A stretch of DNA of 37,372 nt from Nemertoderma westbladi. Lineage: Eukaryota > Animalia > Xenacoelomorpha. Position 1 is the first letter of the stretch. Each line of letters opens with the position of its first letter. The stretch covers positions 1 through 37,372 of the forward strand of contig JAUCBJ010005997.1 of the NCBI GenBank assembly GCA_032718475.1, read 5' to 3'. This document shows, piece after piece, positions 12,901 through 23,532 of the stretch. Under the pieces are notes generated by a model. It had not been told where the DNA came from and made no database searches. It was given only the letters and a program-made list of their open reading frames with translations. The position numbers were made by a program, and so were the translations under genes.

Positions 12901-13468
12901 CAAATTGTAATATTTTCGTCTTGTTTTCCTTATACATTCAAATTTTGAAGTCGTTGGCATGATATTTATGAAATACTAACTATACAAAATGCTATAATGT
13001 TATAAATAAACTATTATTTATTGTTATATATACATAAAGTTTACTCCGATTATAAGTTTGTTGATTCTTAAAGAAGAATATAATCATAGATATGTGAATA
13101 TAATTTATGCCGGGACCCGGATTGGAATTGTCTCCTATTCCAGTTTCCAGTATAAATCGTTACTTCTACACATTAGAACATACTAAATGAATTTGTTGGC
13201 CATCGAAATCAAAAAATTATTATTAATCTCTTCTCAATTAATTTAACATTAAAAAAAATTTCACAAATTTCACAAATGAATGTGGCCCCATCCATTTTAT
13301 ATAGTTCGTGGTACACCGGAAAAAAACACGGCTGGTTAAAACAAGAGGGCAACAACTAACAGCATAAAATAAAGTCGTATTATACGTATGCCATATAATA
13401 AATATAGTGTTAATAATTCACGTCGTATATAAACCCCCCCCCCCCTCCCCAGATTATTGTACAATAAG

Positions 13469-14983
13469 TTAAATGCGGGTTATGAATTCAACTTTGTACC
13501 GGGATGGTCTTCTTGTAATTCCACCCTCCACCTCGTCTTTTAGAGGGAGTCTGCCATCACTAGGCGGACGAATATGGAATGTGTGTAGCAGGTAACCGAA
13601 TATAATTCTCATTTCAACCTTGGCGAAAGATTCTCCGAGGCAAATTCTCGGACCAATTCCAAAAGGTATGAAACACTCCGGCTTCACAAATCTATTGTTA
13701 ACATCAAGGAAGTGTTCAGGTCGAAACTCTCTTGGATGTTTCCAGATTTTAGGGTCGTTACAGATCGCCCAAATGTTAGCTATGATGATGGAGTCGCGCG
13801 GAAGATCGTAAGAAAGGAAACCCGTGTCGGATTCCAGTCTGTGTGGAGCCGTCAGAGGTGAAACGCAACCGTATCGCAAGACTTCGTGAAGAGTTGCCTC
13901 TAAATACGGAATCTCCTTAAAGATATCGTTGTTTGGTAATCCACCTCCTTTATGATTATCCAATAACATTTGACATTTTTTCTGAATAGTTTTATTCTCG
14001 GCCATAAGTATAACGAACCAATAAACTGCATCGGTTGCTGTTTCAGATCCAGCCATAAACAAATCTCGAATGACCATTAATATATTATCATCTTTCAAAT
14101 ATATTAAATCATCGTGGTTTTTATTCTTCATCTTGTGGGCGTGTTTCATAAAGGCGTCAATCACATCGGTATCATCGTCGTCGTAGTTGACTGCAGCTCG
14201 ATGGGAATCCATTTCCTTTCGAAGAAGTTTATTCATTTTGCTTTGGTTTTTGAAGATCTTGTATCCTAATGTCCCAGGGATCCAACATTCCAACTGTCTG
14301 GGTAGTATCGAGGGCTTCGAAGGACCTGCTGTTCTCATAACAAATTCAATGCATTCCAAAAGTTGGCAGAAATATGGGTCGTCAATATCGAATCGTTTAC
14401 CAAATATCAGACTACAAATAACATTAGAGATGGTTAAGCAGATGGCATCATAAGGATCAAAGTCTTCTCGCTCGTGACTGAGGATTTCCTTGCAAAGTAA
14501 GTTTGTTTCGTAGACGACCAGGCCTTCTAGTCGGCGAGTTCCTAATCCAAATTTCCGAAGAAATATCATGACCAGTCGTTTAACAACAGTCCAAGACTTA
14601 CCATCGTTAAACAGCAAGCCAGTCTTATTTGTCCGGGTGTCTATAATATTTCTTAAAATTCTTCCTGAAAATATTATTGAATTGTCAACAAAAGCTTCTT
14701 TTATAGTGGCGAATTGATTTAACGCGAATATAGAGCGTCTTCCAATATTTACAGTTATGATATCGCTTCCCAACTGTTCTGACCAGTTAGCGAGCGTCTG
14801 AGGGAAGGTGTACGGGTTTAATAGGGAGAGAACGTTACCCAGTAAAGGTAATCCTCTAGGAGCTGGAGGTAACTTCAGCGTGTGTTGTGATAAATATCTG
14901 TAGACTCCTAAAAATATTACCAAGAATATCACTGCAGACTGTATGTCTAGCGCGCTGAGGTATTCGTATTGAAGTAACAACAT
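13469..14983 (-). CDS. Cytochrome P450, CYP2 clan, microsomal type (about 504 aa)
   Basis: N-terminal TM anchor, Pro-rich hinge PPAPRGLP, I-helix FMAGSETAT, K-helix EVLR, PEHF (PERF), heme motif FGIGPRICLG. First in-frame ATG at 14983 (track start 15049 is TTG). No introns. Confidence 0.95.
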   Translation of the reverse strand: MLLLQYEYLSALDIQSAVIFLVIFLGVYRYLSQHTLKLPPAPRGLPLLGNVLSLLNPYTFPQTLANWSEQLGSDIITVNIGRRSIFALNQFATIKEAFVDNSIIFSGRILRNIIDTRTNKTGLLFNDGKSWTVVKRLVMIFLRKFGLGTRRLEGLVVYETNLLCKEILSHEREDFDPYDAICLTISNVICSLIFGKRFDIDDPYFCQLLECIEFVMRTAGPSKPSILPRQLECWIPGTLGYKIFKNQSKMNKLLRKEMDSHRAAVNYDDDDTDVIDAFMKHAHKMKNKNHDDLIYLKDDNILMVIRDLFMAGSETATDAVYWFVILMAENKTIQKKCQMLLDNHKGGGLPNNDIFKEIPYLEATLHEVLRYGCVSPLTAPHRLESDTGFLSYDLPRDSIIIANIWAICNDPKIWKHPREFRPEHFLDVNNRFVKPECFIPFGIGPRICLGESFAKVEMRIIFGYLLHTFHIRPPSDGRLPLKDEVEGGITRRPSRYKVEFITRI

Positions 14984-15376
14984 TACTTTAATATTAAATG
15001 AAATTCGGAAGAGAAAGAAAACAAAATTTACAACATTACCACAACACAAAGATTAGTTAATATGATATCAATCGTTTCAACACCATCTATCATGATTGTC
15101 ACGTAATTTGGCACATGAGTTGCTCTTTAACATGTTGGCTATTGTAATCCCTATATGGGAATGAATATAATACCCCTATCAAAATATATAACATACACGG
15201 CACCTACACGTACTGTACCATAATAGTGTGCATGAAAAGTACATTAAAAAAATAGGTAAATAAGATCGTTTCCCCTTTCTAAGACTCGACTGAAATCTAA
15301 TCAATTTATGTTCTCATTTAACAACTTGCGAATGAATGAATGTAAATTTATTTTTAGATAATTAATTTATATAAGT

Positions 15377-15560
15377 CCAACCTTAGCGTAGAGGTTAAAT
15401 TCGTTTCGTTGAATTATCTGGTTGTCGTGGGTTCGATCCCCGCATAACGGCAGGGTAGTTTTCAATTCGGCACTAAAGGTTTAAAGGGAATATAGCCAGG
15501 GCACATCTCAGTTGCTTTGCATCCTTAACTGTTAGGCAAATGAGAATCAGCTTCCTGTAT
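15377..15560 (+). mobile_element. tRNA-derived SINE, family copy 1
   Basis: A-box-like TAGCGTAGAGG (15384-15394), B-box GGTTCGATCCC (15430-15440); body CAGGGTAGTTTTCAATTCGGCACTAAAGGTTTAAAGGGA...AGCCAGGG is homologous to 26161-26210. 3' end uncertain. Confidence 0.7.
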
Positions 15561-17439
15561 GAAGTAAAGGTCTCAGATTAAGTTGTCAGACTTTGTGTTT
15601 AATCCCTGTCATAAGGGCAATGGCTATAACGAAAACTTGACTTGTTTTTCTACTTCTAACGTGATAAAAAAAATATGGTCGTGATCTACTTATGGAATAT
15701 ACCAACATTATATGATCTCAATGAATTAACTCCAGTCATATTGAAATGAAATCAAATTCGTTGAATTAGACACGTTGTAAGAAAAAGTGAACATAATTAA
15801 ATTACTTTCTTTTAAAAATTTTGGAAAATATTAAAAAGGTGTTGTTTCTCTACTAAAAGTAAGACATATTTTTTTATCTGAATTGTGGTTGTTGAACTAA
15901 TAATGTGCACATTTAATTGCTAAATATATAGAGAAAATTCGAATTCATTACTGTTCTTGTGCATCGTGTTATGTGCAACATCAGATAGTATTTAATTACA
16001 AACAGTTACCCCAATGGTTACAAATATATTAATTTAAAGGTTTTAAACGTTTTATTGATTTTAATATTCCAAATAAAATAAAAATAATTATTTAAACGAA
16101 CAACAATGGGACAACAGTTTGAATACACCTCTCAGGGTTGCCAGTTTTTTTTTCCGGGAAAAATGCTTGTTTTTGATATCCTTATTGTTGTTGCAGCTTT
16201 GGTACTGATTGATGACGCGGATACGTGAAGCTGACGAATGACGCTGATATGTTGGTTGGTCTGTAGTCTATTGCGTGTCTATCGGTCTGTATCTCAAGTG
16301 ATTCACCGACAGACAACGAGCAGACGGACACAGTTTTTATGAACAAGAAAAAGTTTGCTTTGACCACCTCAAAAATATGAGTAAAGAAAACCTTTACCAG
16401 AATAGAATCTATATAAAAGAAAACTATTTATTAATCATTACACATTCGTATTACGGGTCCGATGTAAGTAGTAGTTAAGGTAGTCCATGTCTGGCAAAGT
16501 TGTTATTGACACCGTTACTATGCACACCTGCATTCATTCAGTCCATTTGGCTCCTAATATGTGTTTCAGATCAACCTGATGTTTGATGCAGGATCTGAGT
16601 GAGAAGGAATAGTTTAACGAATATGTTCGTGGTTCGTACCGGTAGTCCGACTGGAGGAGCTGGTTCGGTCTGGAAGACGGAGCCGGTTTTCCCCAGACGT
16701 TGTAGAATTATATTATGGTTTCTAAACCCTTCCTATATGTTAATCAGCGAAGACGCGTTTTATATTGCACTCCATTTGTATTTTTACATTATTTTGTATT
16801 TTTAACTCTGCTGGTTGTGTGTTTACGTTTGATATTACTTTATTCTTTAAAATTCCAATGTTTCTCATTAGTTTGATGTAATTATCAAACAAAGGAAAAG
16901 CCGAAAAATCAAAAGTGCTTGAATTTCACAAATTATATTAAATAATAATTCTGAAAGATATAGAATAAGGGAGTTTATTCTGGAAAGTCTCTTTTCTTAC
17001 CTAGGTAGATTCAATATAAAATCAACTTATTGCAAGAGTAGAGCAACACTATTTATCTTATAATTTATCATATAATTTCTAATTTATCAATTATAAAAAT
17101 TTCAAGATTTATTTAGTTACTATACTGCACTAAGTTAAGTTAAGTATCAAGCTGAAAATACCGGCTAAACTAACTAGTCTGTCATATTCATTCAACAGAG
17201 CCATATGTACAATATTTTCAATGCTAATAGTACTGTAATTATGCTAATCACAAAGCAGGGAAGTATACAATTATGACGTTATAAAAGCCAAATTAAACAC
17301 TACCAATACTCCCTTCCGATTCTATCTATTTCTAATCGGCATGCTGCATTGCAGCTGCACATTGAGATGGTATGTTGACTTAATAAAAAATATTTGTGCC
17401 ACCACCATGCAATCTACAATTGGCGTGCCACAATACAGC

Positions 17440-17815
17440 GTGCAGTAAGAATGCTATGCCGGCTCGTCGACAAGTCCCCAATGACTTTCGCAAGATTATC
17501 CGCATCATCAAGGCCAGTGTCCTTTAAGAGATCTCAAGAACGTCAGAACGTCTACCATGCTTATTTTCTCAATGGGGCTGCCAAAGCACAAGATTGTGCA
17601 CAGGCTGGTCCTCACGGCGAAAGCAATGTCCTGTGAAGCAGAGGCGGCTTTGTTCCAGTGTCAAGCTAGGGAAGACTAATGGGACACATCCAATATTATA
17701 TAGTGTCTGGTGGAGATTTGTGCATTGTACTTGACGTAGCATTCTTGTGAGCCCAGCATGGACTCCCATATAGGAGTACTGGTTCTACTGCTTCCCTAAA
17801 TAGTCAAACCGAGTC
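17440..17815 (-). pseudogene. Decayed 3' fragment of an RTE-clade non-LTR retrotransposon ORF
   Basis: Frameshifted minus-strand peptides FREAVEPVLLYGS, TRMLR, RLCFTGHCFRREDQPVHNLVLWQPH and KDTGL match the conserved post-RT C-terminal motifs of RTE-type LINEs. Confidence 0.75.
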
Positions 17816-17826
17816 CTTATAGTCGA

Positions 17827-20115
17827 TTACCATGAATTGAGGTCATCTTCAACCCTCTTCTTTATTTCTGCTCTTGTGCTATCTTTATCCTTACTCTTAT
17901 ATTGTACATATTGTATTTCTTCTGCTGCAGAATGCGCCAAAGGTCCATAGCAACCAAACGATGCATTAAAATCTAACATTTGTTCTCGTTGAGTTGTGTC
18001 TAGCTTGTCTAACCTCAGCCTGAGTTCGTGCAACTTTTGCTCATCTCGTTCATCATCAAATAGTTTTGGCGGGGTTTTAGGCGATTTCGGCGATTTTATT
18101 CCTCTTTCACACCTTGTTGGGAATCCTATCGATGCTAGGGAAGTACTACGGAATGGCATATCATATACCGATGACGTACCTATACTCAGTATCCTATTGT
18201 ATGCTTGGTGTCTCTTTCGCAGATCGTACAGGGCTCTTTCTGTTCGTTCGTTAACAGTGGTGTTGGCATCGGACATCTTCCCTGTTTTTTCCAGAATATT
18301 TTTTTGAATTTCAAGCCGTTCTATATCAGTATTAGCTTTGAGGAGTTTTTCTTTGAACTTTTTTATGTAAGATTTGTATAACAATTTGTTGCTCTTAAGA
18401 TCCTGTGATGCCTTATTTAATTTCTTATTAAAGTTATCCATTTGAATTTGAAGTTCTCCATTCCTTCTTGTAAGATTTATTTTTTCGTTAATCCATATTC
18501 CCTTTTCATTCTCTCTTGCTAGCTGTAGATTTTCTACCGTTTCTGTTAGATCTGCTTTGAGTATAGCGTTATCGTTTGTCAAATCAAGAACATTTTTCTG
18601 TAGTTGATTGTTCTGTAAAGTTAATTCATGTATGCGAAGGTCTTCTTGAGGTGGTTTGTGTAACTCCATTATTTCCTTTTCTTGAAGAACAAGTTTTAAT
18701 TCACAACTTTCTCTCTGTAATCTCTCTAATTCAGCAATAATTTTGCTGTTTACATTAATGGTTTCATTTTTACCATTAATTTCAACTTCAAGCTGATTGA
18801 CTTTTTGTTGATATTCCTCTACTTTCGAATTCGATGCTTCCAATTGTTTTTCTATTATTGCTACCTTCTCTTTATGTTCTTGAATTTCTTTGTTAAATCC
18901 AGATTTGATATCATCTATTTGTTGTGACATAGATTTGCATTTAATGCTTAATTCTAGTTTTTCACTTACTAACTCTTCATGTTTAATCCATTCCGAGTCC
19001 CTCACGGTTTGTTCTCTAACAACTAATGCAGTTTCCTTCTCTTGTATATTACCTTTCTGTTTCTCTACAATGGCTTCCAGAATGTTGATCTTTTCTTGGG
19101 CCTCAATGATACGGTTGTTCCATTGTTCTGTTTCTTTGGACGAGGAACTTTTTAATTTGATCATATCTGATTGGTGTTTTAGTTCTGCAGTTTCAAGTAG
19201 ACCCATGACTTCACAAACCTGGTTACGCAAGAGAGAATTACTCTTATCATATTCTATTGTTTTGTTATTGAGACTATTATGAGTTTCTCTTACTGCATCT
19301 AATTCATTATGTAAACTCCTAACCTGTTTCTTTAGTTGTTCGTTTTCCTTAAGAATCTGATCTGCGCGATTTTTACTTTCTGAAATCTCATCGGTTTGAG
19401 TTCTATTACAGTGATCGAATTCCAAATGTAAAGTATCTTTTTGCTCTTGTACATGCCCCAAATCATCTAGTAAAGATTTCACCTTATTATGTAGCTGCTT
19501 ATTCTCTTTCTCAAGGTGACTTATTTTCCCACTTTGACCTTCTAATGTTTCTTTCAACTTTTTTATCGCTTCCGCGTTATTTTCGCATAGCTGTGCTTTC
19601 TCGTTCTCCACTCTGCTTACAATAGCTTCTATTGCCAACTCGTGTTGCTTACTTTCATTAGTAGCTTTTGTCTCTAGCACAGCGAATTGTTCTATTAATT
19701 CTGTATACTTTGCTCTGTAACCCTCCATATCTTTAGCCATTTCGAGTAGCCTCCTATTGTAGTTAGTCTCAGCCTCCTCTTCAACTTGTGATTTCATGTT
19801 GTTTATAACTTCTTCCTTTAATGCATTCCTATTCAATTTCTCACATTCTCGTCTTCCATCTTCCACCTGGTCCTGGAGTTTTCTAATTATTTTATTATAT
19901 CTTTCATCTATTCTCGGAATTAATGATTCTTTGCTTTTAAGTTCTTCCACTAGTTTGTCGTATTCGTGGGTTAATGTATCATGTTGATCCTTTATTGTCT
20001 GATAGTTTGTCTTGTACACTTCAGCCTTTATCCTTTCTTCATTGATAAGTTTTTTATAGTTTTCACCTTCTTCAAGTAATTTAGCAAATTGTTTGTGTAT
20101 AAGTTCATTTGCCAT
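17827..20115 (-). CDS. CEP83: Centrosomal protein of 83 kDa-like (CEP83/CCDC41), coiled-coil distal-appendage protein
   Basis: 762-aa ATG-started, almost entirely coiled-coil ORF. N-terminal LINEERIKAEVYKTNYQTIK and C-terminal LRKRHQAYNRIL / LRLRLDKLDTTQREQM resemble the conserved terminal motifs of CEP83 as I recall them. Confidence 0.75.
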   Translation of the reverse strand: MANELIHKQFAKLLEEGENYKKLINEERIKAEVYKTNYQTIKDQHDTLTHEYDKLVEELKSKESLIPRIDERYNKIIRKLQDQVEDGRRECEKLNRNALKEEVINNMKSQVEEEAETNYNRRLLEMAKDMEGYRAKYTELIEQFAVLETKATNESKQHELAIEAIVSRVENEKAQLCENNAEAIKKLKETLEGQSGKISHLEKENKQLHNKVKSLLDDLGHVQEQKDTLHLEFDHCNRTQTDEISESKNRADQILKENEQLKKQVRSLHNELDAVRETHNSLNNKTIEYDKSNSLLRNQVCEVMGLLETAELKHQSDMIKLKSSSSKETEQWNNRIIEAQEKINILEAIVEKQKGNIQEKETALVVREQTVRDSEWIKHEELVSEKLELSIKCKSMSQQIDDIKSGFNKEIQEHKEKVAIIEKQLEASNSKVEEYQQKVNQLEVEINGKNETINVNSKIIAELERLQRESCELKLVLQEKEIMELHKPPQEDLRIHELTLQNNQLQKNVLDLTNDNAILKADLTETVENLQLARENEKGIWINEKINLTRRNGELQIQMDNFNKKLNKASQDLKSNKLLYKSYIKKFKEKLLKANTDIERLEIQKNILEKTGKMSDANTTVNERTERALYDLRKRHQAYNRILSIGTSSVYDMPFRSTSLASIGFPTRCERGIKSPKSPKTPPKLFDDERDEQKLHELRLRLDKLDTTQREQMLDFNASFGCYGPLAHSAAEEIQYVQYKSKDKDSTRAEIKKRVEDDLNSW

Positions 20116-21700
20116 ATTGAAACTTTGTTACAATATAGTTCAGGGAGCCTTTTCGCCAGCAGTAACTCCGTAATATATACAAATTAATATTGTTTCAGTT
20201 TATTATTACCATGAAATATCCGCATCTACGTAAACAGGAACTAATTTGATATTGTCAAAGAGTTTTGTGCAGAAATTTAATGTATAAATAACACAAATAG
20301 AGATAAAATAATCCCTAACTCTGTTCGGATAATTTATTGTATATACTTATTATTTAGAGAGAATGGAATACAGAATCTAATTATATTACAATATTACTGA
20401 TATACAAATAAATACGTACAGACTTATAATATGCCGTATATTAATCTTTCTTTTTTGGAAACGAATTATGTTAAATTAATTTCCATTAATAAGTGGATAT
20501 ATAAACTAATATTACAGATATAATAAAATATATAATAATAAATTTATAAAAAATTGTTGGCAATAATTGTGAACGGATGAAATACAAAAATACTTATGGT
20601 AATTTTACATATATCTGCAAGTAAATTTCATGTAATCGGACTGAAATAGTATATCTAAAATTCATATTATACTATCGTATTTGCATAACGATCAATGTTT
20701 TTATTATCTCTGTTTGACTATCAACTGCACAGATTGGAACTTTGCTATACGGCTGTTGTTACAATGAAGGTGGCAAGCCTGTGTGCGATTGGGTCTGTGT
20801 GCACAACCAGTCCTTCCTATATAGTGTATTCCTGATACAAAGATTTACTATTGTTACATTGAAATCCATAAAGTTGATTACTAATCTGCAGTAACTAATC
20901 CATGGTTTATTGATCTGTTTCGGAGCTAGTGGCCGAAGTAGTTTATATTTGAGTTTTTTTTTAATTTTACTAAAAGCCACATTGTTGGGATTTATCGAAC
21001 TATTGGAAGAGTGATTCCTCTGAAATTGTTGTTGTTCCATTACTATTTAGTTTCTTTTTGTCCATCGTTTATTGCGTTCCAACTAATGTTTGTTTTATCG
21101 TGCTCTGTTCAGTCTTCCTGACATGTTAGTATTATATCATATCATGTTTGTGCATACCTAAAGGCCCGTTCATATCCAACGGAATGGTAAACCGCGCGGT
21201 GTACCTCAGGGCCAGCGGTACCCCTTCTGAGTGTGAACTACCTATTTGTGAACAATCTATTTTCCCTCAAAAAAATCGTAACCTTGAACTAACTAATTTT
21301 TCCGAGTGTTCATACTAGAACTTGGGCATTAAAATGTCCATTTGTTCCGTACTAAAACTGTATGCTAAAGTTTGACTTTGTCGGCGCTTGCGCTTAGTCT
21401 TGTCCAAGTCCCTACAACATGTAAAATTAAAGAACCATATTATTTTTTTAGAAAAAGCAATATGTGTATTCAATAAACTGTCGAGGTATATGTTGATAGT
21501 CAGTGCGCCATTATATGCAATGGAAAGTAGAAATATTCTTCAACGACATATTATATAACAACATATTGCACCAATATATAAATCCATGCCTCGATTGTGG
21601 TATAACTTGTTCGACATCGCGGCTCAGGCCACCACAAGTCGTACAAACAATCTTTATCATAGAATATAAGTAATTAACTACTACAGGTGCACATATATAA

Positions 21701-21738
21701 GCATATGACAAAGCTATATTTATTGCTTTGTCATATGC
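21701..21738. repeat. Perfect 14-bp inverted repeat (hairpin)
   Basis: GCATATGACAAAGC - 10 nt - GCTTTGTCATATGC. Confidence 0.85.
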
Positions 21739-22711
21739 CTCTCATGAGCCTTTCTTCCTCCCTATTGTATTCAATAATAATATTTTGCAGCTATAAAGTA
21801 ATTATGCGGATCTACATTCTACTGTTGTCATAAATATTCATTCTGTGTAATTAAAGTTTTATGAGTTGGGAGCTGACTTTGAAAAGTTGCTGTGGTAGTT
21901 CAGTTATTGACAGCCGACGGGTGGGTTTCTTTTTGAACCCCCCCCCCCCCCCCCCCCCCCCCTACACACTCTTTGTTTATTATCGTTAGCAATAAATAAT
22001 GGTGTACTGCTATTCAATGTCAGCGAACTACTTCCAACTAAATAGGAGTAGTTTGCCAAATCGGAAGGGGAAGGTATCCTAACATGTTATTATTTATAAG
22101 AATATGTTTGTTACCAGTCATATATGCGCCTTATGCTGCTATATTTACAGTTGACTATTCTGTTATTACTTTTCAACTTATATTTCTGTATATCGGCATT
22201 CTGTGTCACATAAGTAAGTAACTGAGGGATAGTAGAACAACATAAAAGAACAAAATATAATCAACATAAAAGCTAAAACCCAACTTAAAACGTCCATGCT
22301 TAAGACGTAAATTAATTATTAATAATAAAACAATAAACATTGTTTATGACTTAAGCAAGGCTACCTACCACCTTAGAGCTTGAAGATGTTGAGGTTTAGT
22401 TTTATTTCGAAGTTAGAGCTTTATGGTCGATATTATTATTACCTAAGCAAGCAGTGGCAATGCGCTAAGTTGCCTTGTAGTTTTTATATTATATCCAAAA
22501 ATATGCTGCCAATATTCTTAGATTGTTATCATTTTAAAGATTGACAATTGGATAAAAATTCCATAAAATTTATGTACAGGAGTAAACAGTTGTGCTTTAC
22601 CAAGGCGTGATTTCTATTTGGTTTCCGTACTTCGTCAATTCATAATAATGTAATATAACGGCTTTGTTCAGAAATGGAAACTTCAGGAAGCAGGTCACTG
22701 GGGGTTGAACC

Positions 22712-22757
22712 AGCGCTATACGCATGTTGTGGCCTATCAGGCCTCATCAGTAGCGCT
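22712..22757 (-). ncRNA. Degenerate type I hammerhead ribozyme (core GAAA mutated to ACAA)
   Basis: Minus strand AGCGCTA-CTGATGA-GGCCT GAT AGGCC-ACAA-C ATGC GTA-TAGCGCT: perfect stems I and II, intact CUGAUGA and GUA site, broken GAAA. Confidence 0.65.
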
Positions 22758-22981
22758 AACCAGTTCATCCACATACTCTCCCACCTAATACACCTTTATT
22801 GAAAATGCAGTCTTGCATTATATCCTATCTCTAACAGCTGACCTAACGGCCTCAAGTATGTTAAAGTGGAACAGGAGGGAAGTACAAATAAATAAATATT
22901 CAATATTCATAATAAATATAAATATTCATATATATACTGCCTGTTCAATAGAAGCGGATTAGGTGGGACTGCGAGTGTCAG

Positions 22982-23075
22982 GGGCAAGTGGCTGAACTGG
23001 TTAGTGCTACTGATGAGGCCTGATAGGCTGAAACGTACGTATAGCGCTGGTTCAATCCCCAGTGACGTGCTTTTT
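22982..23075 (+). promoter_or_regulatory. Pol III type-2 internal promoter unit (A-box, B-box, T5 terminator) enclosing the hammerhead
   Basis: A-box TGGCTGAACTGG 22989-23000, B-box GGTTCAATCCC 23049-23059, TTTTT 23071-23075; the A- and B-box motifs are also present in the inverted copy. Confidence 0.65.
23003..23048 (+). ncRNA. Minimal type I hammerhead ribozyme
   Basis: Stem I AGTGCTA(23003-09)/TAGCGCT(23042-48); CTGATGA 23010-16; stem II GGCCT-GAT-AGGCT 23017-29; GAAA 23030-33; short palindromic stem III ACGTACGT 23033-40; GUA cleavage triplet 23039-41. Confidence 0.85.
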
Positions 23076-23532
23076 CATTTTTTCCAATTCTGAACAAAAC
23101 CGTTATATTACATCATTATTTACAGTTGCATTAACAGCTCAACTCCAATTTATTCAGTTCATACTACATGACGAATGGCATGAACTAAAATAAAAAAAAA
23201 AAATAAAATAAAAAAAATAAAACATTCAATCTACGTAATCTTCTCAGTGGCTTCCCAGTGGTTAGTTACTGTACAATGCATATTCCATTACCTGTTTCTT
23301 GGAATTTTTCTTTAGTGAGGAAACCTACCGATCAGCTGACTTCCATCAGCTTATTTTTAGTTTTTTGCATATTTTGGTACTTGCATACCTACCAGTAAGA
23401 GTTTTAATTAAACGTGCTTGAATAGTGTAATATTTCCGTCCGATTAATGTTTCATTAATTCTTAGTTAATTGTTGTTGTATGTCAGATGAACTGGATTAC
23501 TAGAAACAGTATAAAATTATTGAACGCGTACA

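Larger units (their letters stand above)
22642..23119. repeat. Inverted pair of 170-185 bp repeats (arms about 22642-22811 and 22936-23119) with a 124-bp spacer
   Basis: Arms align as reverse complements along their length, e.g. ATAATAATGTAATATAACG / CGTTATATTACATCATTAT at the outer ends and CCACCTAAT / ATTAGGTGG near the inner ends. Confidence 0.92.

Noticed and set aside
16133-16500. MITE starting CAGGGTTGCCA
   Set aside because: No convincing partner TIR; only a partial CTGGCAA near 16491.
22257-22440. Degenerate palindromic element
   Set aside because: Inverted matches are short, imperfect and AT-rich; not distinguishable from chance by eye.
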